This document shows positions 1 to 10,100 of a stretch of 64,000 nucleotides of DNA, piece after piece. A program made the position numbers and the translations under genes. The notes beneath the pieces are model-generated. The model was not told the DNA's origin. It saw only the letters and a list, made by a program, of their open reading frames with translations, and did no database searches. This stretch comes from the human T2T-CHM13v2.0 reference genome, Homo sapiens: the NCBI RefSeq assembly GCF_009914755.1, contig NC_060932.1. One strand, written 5' to 3'. Every line of letters begins with the position of its first letter. The first letter of the stretch is position 1.

Positions 1-410
1 GACACCGAGCAGGACAATAAACATAAAACAAACAACAGACCCTAGGGTATAAGAACAATTATGGCAGTTTTTATTAAATAGACAAGGGGAGGGGGTCCGG
101 TGATGGGATCAGTCAGATGCCCGCCTGGCCACTCTCCCTGAGGGGACTTGGGCTCCTCTTAGCATTGGCAGGCTGGTATAAACCCCCGGCTCGGATCGAG
201 CTATGCTCAGTGCTGCCTTAAGCCTTATGAGGTCACCATGGAACTACAGGTGCGGGCCCACTCGAACTCCATAGCTTTTGCCGTGGAGCTACAAACTGGA
301 AGTTCAAGTGCAAGCCCTTGACTTCCCCATCCACTCACCATTCACACAAAGTTTATAATAGTTTTTTTTTTTTTGCCATAAAACAGAAGTCTTATGGAAA
401 CCTGAACGTG

Positions 411-440
411 AAAGGGAGGAGAGATAGAGAAAGAGAGAGC

Positions 441-471
<31 letters not shown>
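411..471. repeat. Imperfect (AG)n/(CT)n simple repeat in the ERV leader
   Basis: gagatagagaaagagagagcagagagagagacagagagagagagagagag. Confidence 0.9.
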
Positions 472-499
472 CTAGTCTTTAATGGAGAGGCCAGCCTGC

Positions 500-700
500 C
501 AGAAACCAGGACTCAGTCCTCCAGCATCCTGGAATATGGATTGAGTCAAGGGAGGGCCCCCGTCAGGGCCGCTTCCCTCCCAGAGAGACACAGAGGCACC
601 TAACAGAAAATCAGGACTCTGTCCTCCAGTGTGCTGGAATGCGGGCAGAGTCAAAGAGGGAGGGCCCTGTCAGAGCCATTTCCCTCCCAGAGAAACAGAG
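500..700. repeat. Diverged ~104-bp tandem duplication in the ERV leader (500-595 / 604-700)
   Basis: Both copies read cagaaa..caggactc.gtcctccag....ctggaat...gagtcaa..ggagggccc..gtcag.gcc..ttccctcccagaga.ac. Confidence 0.8.
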
Positions 701-709
701 TCAGATATG

Positions 710-717
710 ACTTACCT
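710..717 (-). promoter_or_regulatory. Putative major splice donor of the provirus (AG|GTAAGT)
   Basis: Plus-strand ACTTACCT reads AGGTAAGT on the minus strand, a perfect 5' splice site about 185 nt downstream of the PBS, where gammaretroviral env splice donors lie. Confidence 0.6.
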
Positions 718-900
718 TCCCGGGACCAGAGGACTCAGGAGTTGAATTTTTCTGGGCACACACCAGTGGTCGATCCATTCCCCTCCAGAAGACAGGGTCT
801 TATGGGGCCCTGGAACGTCTTCAGGGGGCGCCTCCCCTATAAGTCCACTGTCTGTCTGGGGGAACCTGGAATGAGTCCGGCTCTTGCCCAGTGGCGAATA

Positions 901-917
901 TCTCACTGGGGCCTCCA
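901..917 (-). promoter_or_regulatory. Retroviral primer-binding site complementary to the 3' end of tRNA-Thr
   Basis: The plus strand reads TCTCACTGGGGCCTCCA, against a tRNA-Thr(TGT) 3' end of TCTCGCTGGGGCCTCCA (one CpG-type mismatch). It sits 2 nt from the LTR end. Confidence 0.85.
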
Positions 918-975
918 AATGTTGTGACCAAGCGAGTTATAGAGAAACGCCACACTTTGAGACAAATTAGAGTCC

Positions 976-981
976 TTTATT
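976..981 (-). terminator. LTR polyadenylation signal (AATAAA)
   Basis: Plus-strand TTTATT in the R region, about 56 nt before the LTR 3' end. Confidence 0.7.
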
Positions 982-1047
982 AGCCAGTGACCAAGAGGCA
1001 GCTAACGCTCAAAATTCTCTTGGCCCTGAGGAAGGGGCTAGTTTTGT

Positions 1048-1054
1048 TTTTATA
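1048..1054 (-). promoter_or_regulatory. LTR TATA box (TATAAAA)
   Basis: Plus-strand TTTTATA, about 70 nt upstream (minus strand) of the LTR AATAAA. Confidence 0.7.
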
Positions 1055-1447
1055 CTGTGGTCTAAATAGGGGAGGGGGGATTTTAGCTGAAGCAATTTTT
1101 TACAGAAGCAGAACTGGCAAAAAGTTAAAAAATTAATTGGTTACAAATGCAATTACAAAAAATAAACAGTTCCAGGTGCAGGGGCTTAAACTATCACAAA
1201 GAGATAAATGCAGGGGTCTTGGGTGCCATCCACCCGAGCGCATCCCCAGGAGCTGCTGGTGCAGCTTGCCTCAATATCTTATCAGTAGACACATTCCTGG
1301 ACACACTTTGAGTCAGTTTTACACTAGTTATGCCTTAAGGGAGGGAGGTGAAAGGGGGTTGCAAGTGAAGAAACTAAAATGGAGTCTGTTCGGCTCTCTC
1401 TCTGCTAGGAGAGTGCCACTCAGTTTAAAACAAGGTAGGGTATCACA

Positions 1448-4400
1448 GCCTCAACGTCCCCCTGAAAGCCTGAAAGCCTGGCATCCTGCCCCATCACTCG
1501 GAGGGGGGAACTTCTTGCTGCATGGAGTGCCCCCCAAGCACCCTGGTGTGCGAGCCAGGTACTCCACGGCCCTCCAGGGTCTGGTGCAGGGCTTACTGGG
1601 AAGGCACTGGCATCCTGGGAAGGACCCCAACCTCCTCTTCTGTCTCGCTGCTTTTTATCCTTGGCCTGCCTCAATGTTCCCCTGAAAGCCTGCAGGCCTA
1701 TCGTCCTGTAACTATCACCTTGTGGGACTTCGTGCCGTGGAGTCCCCCCCGTCACCTCCGGGAGAGAGACATGCACCCTGGGGTGAAAGCCAGGGACTCC
1801 ACAGCCTGCCCATGTTTAGCGCAGGGCCTGCCGGGAAGGCACTGGCCTCGGGGGGGATGAACCCAGCCTCCTCTTCTGCCTCGCTGCTTTTTTTCCCCCA
1901 GCCTGCCACAACGTCCCCTTGAGAGCCTGCAAGGCTTGCGTCTTGTCCCCGTCACCAGGGGTGACTTCTTGTCACTTTGGGGTGCCCGCCACGCACCTTG
2001 GGGTGGGAGCTATTCACTACACGGCACCCCTGGGTCCACTGCAGGGCCTGCCAGAAAGGCACTGGTTTCCGACGGAGGACCCAACCCTCCTCTTCAGATT
2101 CGCTGCGTTTTTTTCCCGACCTGCCTCAACATCCCCTTGAAAGCCTGCAAGCCTGGTGTCCTGACCCATCAATCCGGGGAAATTTCTTGCCGCTTTTGGG
2201 TACCACCCATAGGAAAGACACATACCCTGGCATGGAAGCCAGGGACTCCATGGCCCCCCGGATCTGGCCCAGGACCTGCCGGGAAGGCACTGGCCTCCAG
2301 GAGATGACTCCAGCCTCCTTTTTGCCCTCGACGCTTTTTTTTCTCTGGCCTCCCTAACGTTCCCCTGAAAGCCTACGAGCCTGGCATCCTGCCCCTGTCA
2401 CCCAGGGGGACTTCTTGACGCTTTGGGGTGCTCCTCATGCACGCCGGTTTGGGAGCCAGAAACTCCACGGCCAACCCCTGTTCCAGTGCAGGGCCTGCTG
2501 GAGTCACTGGCCTCATCGGGACGGCACCAGCCTCCTTTCCTGCCTTGCTGCTTTTTTTCCCTGGCTTGCCTCAATGTCCTTATGAAAGCCTGCAAGCCTG
2601 GCGTCCTGTCCTTGTCACATGCAGGGAATTATTGCCACTTTGGGGTGCCCCCCACCCACCCTGGGGTAGGATCCAGGGACTCCACGGCCCTCCCGGGTTT
2701 GGCGCAGGGTCCACCGGGAAGGTGCTGGCCTCCAGTGGACAACCCCAGGCTCCTATTCGGCCTTGCCACTTTTTTTCCCCTGCCTGCCTCAACGTACCCC
2801 TGAAAGCCTGCAAGACTCGCGTCCTCTCCCTGTCACCCGGGGGAATTTTTGTCTCTTTGGGGGTGCCCATAATGCACCCTGGGGTCAGAGCCAGGAACTC
2901 CACGGCCCCCTCAGGTCCAGCACAGGGCCTGTTGGGAAGGCACTGGCCTCCCTTGGTCGACCCCAGCCTCCTCTTCCGCCTCGCTGCTTTTATTCCCCCG
3001 CCTGCCTCACCGTCCCCCTGAAAGTCTGCAATCTGGCCTCCTGTCCCTGTAACAGGGGGTGACTTCTTGCCTCTTTGGGTTGCCTCCCACGCACCCTGGG
3101 GTGGAAGCCAGGGACTCCACGGCCTTCCTGAGTCTGGTGCAGGGCCTGCTGGAAAGGCACTGGCCTCTGAGGGGGGACCCCAGCCTCCTCTTTGGCCTCG
3201 CCTCTTTTCTTCTCTGGCCTGCCTCAACGTCCCCCTGAAAGCGTGCAAGCCTGGCTTCCTGTCCGCATCACTCGGGTGGACTTCTTGCTGCTTTTTGTTG
3301 CCCCCACTACGTATCTTGGGGTGGGAGCCAGGAACCCCACGAATCCCCCAAGTCTGGCACAGCATGCCCAGAAGGCAATGTCCTCCGGGGGAAGAGCCCA
3401 GCCTCCTCTTCGGCCTCACTGCTTTTTTATCCAGGCCTGTCTCAACGTCCCTCTGAAAGCCTGCAAGCTTGGCGTCCTGTCCTTGTCATCCGTTGAGGCA
3501 TTTTGCCGGTTTTGGGTGCCCCTCACACACCCTCAGGAGGAAGCCAGGGACTTCCCGGCTTCCCAGGGACCAATGCAGGGCCTCCCTGGACGGCACTGGC
3601 CTCAGGGGGAAAACTCCAACCTCCTCTTCGGGGCCTCGCCGCTTTTTATCCCTGGACTGCCTCAATGTCCGCCTGAAAGCCTGCAAGCCTGGCGTCTTGT
3701 CTGTCACCCGGGGAGACTTCTTGCCGCTTTGGGGTGCCCCCGGTGAGGGAGACGCACACTGGGGTGAAAGCCAGGGACTCCACGGCCCGCCATGTTCTGT
3801 CGCACAGACTGCCAAGAAGGCACACACCTCCGGGGGAAAACCCCAGCCTCCTTTTCAGCCTCCGCTTTTTCTCCCCAGCCCGCCTCAACGTCCCCCGAAA
3901 GTCTGCAAGCTTGGGGTCCTGTCCCCATCACCCAGGGGGACTTCTTGCTGCTTTGGGTTGCCTCCCACGCACCCTGGGTTGGGAGCCAAATAATCAACAG
4001 CACTCGCGTGTCTGGTGCAAGGCCTGCCAGGAAGGCACTGGCCTCAGGGGAGAACCCCAGCTTCCTCTTCAGCCTTGCCGCTTTTTTCCTGGCCTGCCTC
4101 AACGTCCCCCTGAAAGCCTGTAAACCTGGCATCCTGTCACTGTCACCTGGGGAAACTTTGCCGCTTTGGGGTGCCCAACGTGCACCCGTGGAGCCAGGGA
4201 CTCCACGGCCCCTCCGCCTCTGGCGCAGGGCCTGTTGGGAGGGCACTGGCTTCCGGGGACCACATCCTCCTCTTCGGTCTCACCACTTTTTTCCCCTGGC
4301 CTGCCTCAACGTCCCCCCTGAAAGCCTGCAAGCCTGGCGTCCTGTCTCCTTCATACAGGGGGACTTCTTGCTGCTTTGTAATGCCCCCCACGCACCCTGG

Positions 4401-7110
4401 GGTGGGAGCCAGGGACTCCTTGCCAACTTTATTCTCCGGCCTGAATCAACGGCCCACAGAAAGCCTGCAAGCCCGGCGTCCTGTCCCTGTTACCCGGGTG
4501 GACTTCTTGCTGCTTTGAGGTGCACCCTGTGGAACAGACACACACCTTGGGGTAGGAACCAGGGAATTCACACACCCCCCACCCCCTCCCTGGGTCCGGC
4601 ACAGGTTGAGTTGAACAGCCTGCGGAAAAGGTACTGGCCTCTGGGAGAGGACCCCCAACCTCCTCTTTGGCATCACCACTTTTTTTCCATGGCCTGCCTC
4701 AATGTCCCTTTGAAAGGCTGCAAGCTTGGCGTTCTGTCATCACGCAGGGGGACTTCTTGCTGTTTTGGGGTGCCCCCATGCACCATGGCGTGAGAATCAG
4801 GGACTCCACGGCCACCCCGGGTCTGGGGCAGGACCTGTTGAAAAGGCACTGGCCTCCAGGGAAGGACCCCAGCCTCCTCTTCAGCCTTGCCACTTTTTTT
4901 TCCCTGGCCTGCCTCAGCGTCCCCCTGAAACCCTGCAAGGCTAGCATCCTGTACCAGTCACATAGCGAAAATTCTTGCCGCTTTGGGATGTTCCCCCAAA
5001 CCCTGAGGTGGGAGGCAGGGACTCCACGGTCCTCCCTGGTCTGGTGCAGTTCCTAATGGGAAGGCACTGGCTTCCGGAGGATGACTCCTGCCTCCTCTTG
5101 GGCCTTGCTGCTTTTTCTCCCCAGCCTGCCTCAATATTCCCCTGAAAGTTCGCAAGCCTGGCTTCCTGTCCCTGTCACCCACAGGGACTTCTTGCCACTT
5201 TGGGGTGCCCCCAGGGGAGAGACATGCACCCTGGGGTGGGAGCCAGGAACTCCATGGCCCCCTGGGTCCAAAGCAGGGCCTACCATACAGGCACTGGCCT
5301 CCAGGGGAGGACCCCAGCCTCCTCTTTGTTCTCACCACTTTTTTCCCCATCCTGCCTCAATGTCCCTGTGTTGGGGAAAGGCTGAGTGTTGGGAAAAAAA
5401 CTGAGGCAGGGCTTGCATGTGTGACATAATGTAAAAGGGTCTTGGAACATGTCCGGGGTCCAGGGTCTAAAACCCCTTATGGCCTTTGGAACACCAAGCT
5501 CTGTGCCAAAGGGTGGAAGGCTGCCCTGCCACACCATAATCTAAGCCCTGGGCATGAAACCACTCGTGGCTTGCATAGAATCCAGGACTTAGGGCATAAA
5601 ACCCCTCCTGGCTTCTAGAATGTGTCTAGACTTGCTGGCTCCTTGCTTCTAGCACTGCTATTATCTCAAGCAGCAGAACTTGTTCCATATGCTTCAAAGA
5701 AAATACTAAATCATCACAGCTGTAGATCATGTGCAACCCCCCTACATCCTCGCCACCTGTTTCTTTGTTTGATCACCAATGAATAGGGTGGGATCCCAGA
5801 GCTAGGGGCCTTCACATCCTCCATGCTAGCATTGGCCCCCTGATCCCACTTTATGCCTTTACTTGTCTTTTCTCATTCCTTTGATTTGGCCGGACCTCGT
5901 TGCCCCCACAGCTGGGTGTTGGGTTTGATCACCTCAACAGCCCTGAAAGCCTGCAAGCATTGCAACCTGTTCTTGTCATCCAGGGAGACATCCTGCCACT
6001 TAGGGGTACTGCCCATGCACCCTATGATGAGAGCAAGAAACTCCACGGCATCCCTGGGTCCAGCACAGTGCCTGCCAGGAAGACACTGGCCACTGGAGAG
6101 GATCCCAGCCTCTTCCGCCTTGTCACTTTTTCTCCCCAGCCTGCCTCAACATCCCCCTGAAACCCTGCAAGCCTGGCGTCCTGTCCCCGTCACCTGGCAG
6201 GACATCTTGCTGCTTTGTGGTGCCCCCAATGCATGCTGGTGTGGGAGCCGGAGACTCCAAATCTCCCCTGAGGCACTGGCCTCTGGGGCAGGACCCCATC
6301 CTCCTCTTCTGCCTCACCACTTTTTTTCCTCTGCTTGCCTCAACATCCCCCTGAAAGCCTGCAAGCCTGGCGTCTTGTCCCCGTCACCTGGGGGCACTTC
6401 TTGCTGCTTTGTTGTGCCCCCTGTGGGAAAGACATCAACCCTGGTGTGAAAGCCATGGGCTCCATGGCCCCCCAGTTCTGGTGCAGGGCCTGATAGGAAG
6501 GCACTAACCTTAGGGGGATGACTCCAGCCTCCTCTTCAGCCTCGCCACTTTCTTTCCCTGGCCTGCTTCAACCCTGGTGTGAAAGCCTACCGGAAAAGCA
6601 CTGGCTTCAGGGTGGGGGGACCCCAGCCTCCTCTTTGGCCTCACCTCTTTTTTTCCCCAGACTGCCTCAATGACCTCCTGAAAACCTAAAAGCCTGGCGT
6701 CCTGTCCCCATCACCCGGGGGGCACTTCTTGCCGCTTTGGGGTGCCCCCCACTCACCCTGGGGTGGGAGCCAGGGACTCCTCTGCCCGCCCCCCCTGTTC
6801 AGATGCAAGGCATGCTGAAAAGGCACTTGCCTTTGGGGGAGGACCCTAGTCTCCTCTTTGGCCTTGCCGCTTTTTTCCCTTGGCCTGCCTCAAAGTCCCC
6901 CTGAAAGCCTGCAAGCCTAGCGTCCTGTCCCGTCACCTGGGGGAAATTATTGCCCCTTTGGGGTGCCACACGCACCCTGGGGTGGAAGCCAGGGACCCCG
7001 TGCCCCCCCCCCGGGTCGGGGCAGGCCCTGCCAAAAGAACCCCGGACTCAGAGGGAGGATCCCAGCCTCCTCTTCAGCCTTGCTGCATTTTTTTTTCCGG
7101 CCTGCCTCAA
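1448..7110. repeat. Gamma satellite (GSAT/GSATX/GSATII family), sub-array 1, ~218-bp GC-rich tandem units (interrupted by a solo LTR)
   Basis: The motif gcctcaacgtccccctgaaagcctgcaagcctggcgtcctgtcc recurs at 1462, 1682, 1919, 2137, 2365, 2582, 2800, 3018, 3235, 3453, 3673 and onward, mostly 217-220 bp apart. The core ctgcctcaacgtccccctga matches gamma-satellite consensus as recalled. The exact GSAT subfamily cannot be assigned by eye. Confidence 0.9.
5369..5939 (+). mobile_element. Solo LTR, LTR14B-like (HERV-K14/HML-1), ~571 bp
   Basis: Starts TGTTGGGGAAAGGCTGAGTGTTGGG...GAGGCAGGGCTTGCATG and ends GGTGTTGGGTTTGATCACCTCAACA (TGTTG...CAACA inverted termini). It is flanked by a 6-bp TSD with one mismatch (TCCCTG 5363-5368 / GCCCTG 5940-5945), and the gamma unit resumes in register. 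No PBS or internal sequence follows. Confidence 0.85.
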
Positions 7111-10100
7111 GGTTCCCCTGAAAGCCTGGCCGCCTGTCCCTATCTCCTGGGGTACTTCTTGCCTCCTTGTGCTGCCCCCGTGGGGAGAGGAACATGCCCT
7201 TGTTGGGAGCCAGGGTCTCCACAACTCCCACGGGTAGGGCATAGGAACTGCCGGGAAGGCACTGACCTCCTGCGAGGGACCCCTCCCTCCTCGTCAGCCT
7301 CGCCGATTTCTTCCCATGCCTGCCGCAACCTCCCCCTGAAGGCCTGGCCTCCTCTCCTTCCACGGGGGACTTCTTACCACTTTGGGGTACTCCAGGAGGA
7401 AAGACACGCACCCTGTGTGGGAGCCAACAACTCCACGAAGCCCCTGGGTTAGGCACGAAGGCTGTCGGGAAGGCTTTGACCTCTGATGGGGGATCCTGAC
7501 ATCCTCCTTGGCCTCGCTGCTTTTTTCCTGGGCCTTCCTCAACCTCCCCATAAATGCCTGGCTGCCTGTCCCTGTATCCCGGGGGACTTCTTGCTGCTTT
7601 GGTGTGCCCCCGGGGGAAGAGACACGCACCCTGGTTGGCAGCCAGGGACTTCACGACCCCCCTCCCCCAGGTCCGGTGCGGGGGCTGCCGGGAAGGCACT
7701 GACCTCTGGCGGGGGACCCCGGCCTCCTATTCAACGTCGATGTTTTCTTCCCGGGTCTGCCTCAACCTCCCCCTGAAGGCCTGGACGCCTGTCCCCATCC
7801 CCCGGGGTACTTCTTGCCACTTTGGGGTGCCACAGGAGGGGAGACTCGCACCCTGGGTGGTAGCCTGTGGCTTCACGAACCTCCCTCATGTTGGTCGCGG
7901 GGGCTGCCGGGAAGGCAATGACCTCCAGTGGGAAACCACGACCTCCTTTTTGGCCTCCCTGCTTTCTTCCCAGGTCTGCCTCAACCTCCCCCGAAGGCCT
8001 GGCCACCTGTTCCATTGCCCTGGGGGACTTCTTGCCGCTTTGGGGTCCCCATGGGGGGACCTCTGCACTGACCCCTGGCAGGGGACCCTGGCCTCCTCTT
8101 CGGCCTTGCCGCTTTCTTTCCAGGCCTGCCTCTACATCCTCCTGAAGGCCTGGCTGACTGTCCCCCTCCCCCTGGGGTCTTCTTGCTGCTTTGGGTTGCC
8201 CCCAGAGAGAAAACATGCACCTTGGGTGGGAGCCAGAGACTCCATGAACCCCTTGGTTGGGCACGGAGACTGTCGGGATGGGACTGACCCCAGGCAGGGG
8301 ACACAGGCCTCCTCTTCGACCTGGCTGCTTTTCTCCCAGGCCTGCGTCAACCTAACCCTGAACGTCTGGCCGCCTGTCCTCGACACTGGGGGACTTCTTG
8401 GCGCTTTGGGGTGCCCCCGGGGAAAGAAACATGCACCCTGGTTGGGATCCAGGGACTCCACAACCACCCCTCATCAGGCTCAGGGACTGCCGGGAAGGCA
8501 CTGACCCCTGGTGGGGGACCCAGGCCTCCTCTTTGGCCTTGCCACTTTCTTCCCAGGCCTGCCTCAACCTCCTCCTAAAGGCCTGGCTGCCTGTCCCCAT
8601 CCACTGGGGGACTTCTTGATGCTTTGGGGTGCCCCAGGAGGGGAGACACCCACCCTGGGTGGGAGCCAGGGACTCCATGAACCCCCTGGTTCGGGCTGGA
8701 GGGCTGCCAGCAAGGCATGGACCCCCAGCGTGGGACCCCAGCCTCTTCTTCAGCCTTGCCACTTTTTTCCCTTTCCTGCCTCAACTTCCCCCTGATTCCA
8801 TATAACCCCGGGTTCAGGCACGGGGTCTGTTGGGAAGGCACTTACCTCTGGCCGGGGTTCCCGGCCTCTTCTTTGGCCTCACCACTTCTTTCAGGACTCC
8901 CATGGGTTGGGCACTGGGGCTACTGGAAAGGCCCTGACCCCTGGCGGGGGATCCCGGCCTCCTCTTTGGCCTCTCCGCTTTCTTCCTGGGCCTGCCTCAA
9001 TCTCCCCCTGAAGGCCGGGCCTCCTGTCCCTGTCCCTCTGGGAACTTCTTGCTGCCTTGGGGTGTCCCCGTATGGGAGAGACGCACCCTGGGTGGAAGCT
9101 AGGGACTCCATGAATGCCCCCCGGTCAGGTGCGGGGACTACTGGGAAGGTACTGACCCCTGGCGGGGGGCTTCGGCCTCCTCTTTGGCCTCGTGACTTCC
9201 TTCCCCGGCCTGCCTCAAGCTTCCCCTGAACACGTGGCCGCCTGTCCCCGTCTACCAGGGGAGTTTTTGCCAGTTTGGGGTGCCCCCGAAGGGGAGAGAC
9301 ATGCACCCTGGTGGGGAGGAAGCAACTCCATGACTCCCCCGGGTTGGGCGTGGGGACTGCCGGGAAGTCACTGACTGCCGGCAGGGGACCTCGGCCTCCT
9401 TTTTGGCCACATTGCTTTCTTCCTGGGCCTGCCTCAACCTCCCCCGGAAGGCCTGGCCACCTGTACCCATCCCCCCGGGGACTTCTTGCTGCTTTGGCGT
9501 GCCCCCATGGAGAGAGACACACATACTTGTTGGAAGCCATGGACTCTACGACCCCCCCAGTTTGGGCTGGGGGATGCTGAGAAGGCACTCACCTCTGGTG
9601 GGGGACCCTAGCCTCCTCTTTGGCCTCGCTGCTTTTTTTCTAGGCCTGCCTCAAACTTTCACTGAAACCTTGGCCGCCTGTCCCCGTGCCCTGGGGGACT
9701 TCTTGCCTCTTTGGGGTGCCCCAGGAGGAGAGACACACACCCTGGGTGGGAGCCAGGGACTCCACTACCCACCTGAGTCAGGTGTGGGTGCTGCCAGGAA
9801 GGCACTGACCTCCAATGGGGGACACCAGCCTCCTCTTCGGCCTAGCCACTTTTTTCTCATGCCTGCCTCAACCTCCCCCTGGAGGCCTGGCCACCTGTCC
9901 TTATCCCCCGGGGTACTTCTTGCCACATTACGGTGCCCACGGAGGGGAGACACACACCCTAGATGGGAGCCAGGGACTCCACGACCCCACGGATCAGGCA
10001 TGGGGGCTGCCTAGAAGGCACTGACTTCTGACGGGGGACCCCGGCCTCCTCTTCAGCATCGCTGCTTTTTTCCTGGGACACACTCAACTTTCCCCTGAAC

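Larger units (their letters stand above)
1..919 (-). mobile_element. 5' internal/leader region of a HERV-T (HERVS71-like) endogenous retrovirus, continuing off the left edge of the window
   Basis: Lies directly downstream (minus strand) of an LTR ending ...GGTCACAACA and begins with a tRNA-Thr PBS. It contains a consensus splice donor, a pyrimidine-rich tract and an internal ~104-bp duplication. No recognisable gag ORF falls inside the window. Confidence 0.85.
920..1447 (-). mobile_element. 5' LTR of the HERV-T provirus (LTR6 family, probably LTR6B), ~528 bp
   Basis: The minus strand starts TGTGATACCCTACCTTGTTTT and ends ...CTCAAAGTGTGGCGTTTCTCTATAACTCGCTTGGTCACAACA. It has TG...CA termini and matches the LTR6 consensus as I recall it. 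TATA box and AATAAA are in the expected order, and the PBS follows after 2 nt. The A/B subfamily call is from memory only. Confidence 0.85.

Noticed and set aside
901-917. tRNA-Thr-like sequence ending in CCA
   Set aside because: Only 17 nt and adjacent to an LTR. It is a primer-binding site, not a tRNA gene.
1-927. gag or other retroviral ORF in the HERV-T segment (ORFs 472-654, 631-927, 712-918)
   Set aside because: No matrix/capsid features are present. These ORFs lie in the leader, and gag would begin beyond the left edge or is degenerate.
5925-5950. LTR14B end (cctcaaca) mimicking the gamma motif cctcaac, suggesting homology-directed insertion
   Set aside because: CAACA is the normal LTR terminus and a TSD is present, so ordinary integrase-mediated insertion suffices.
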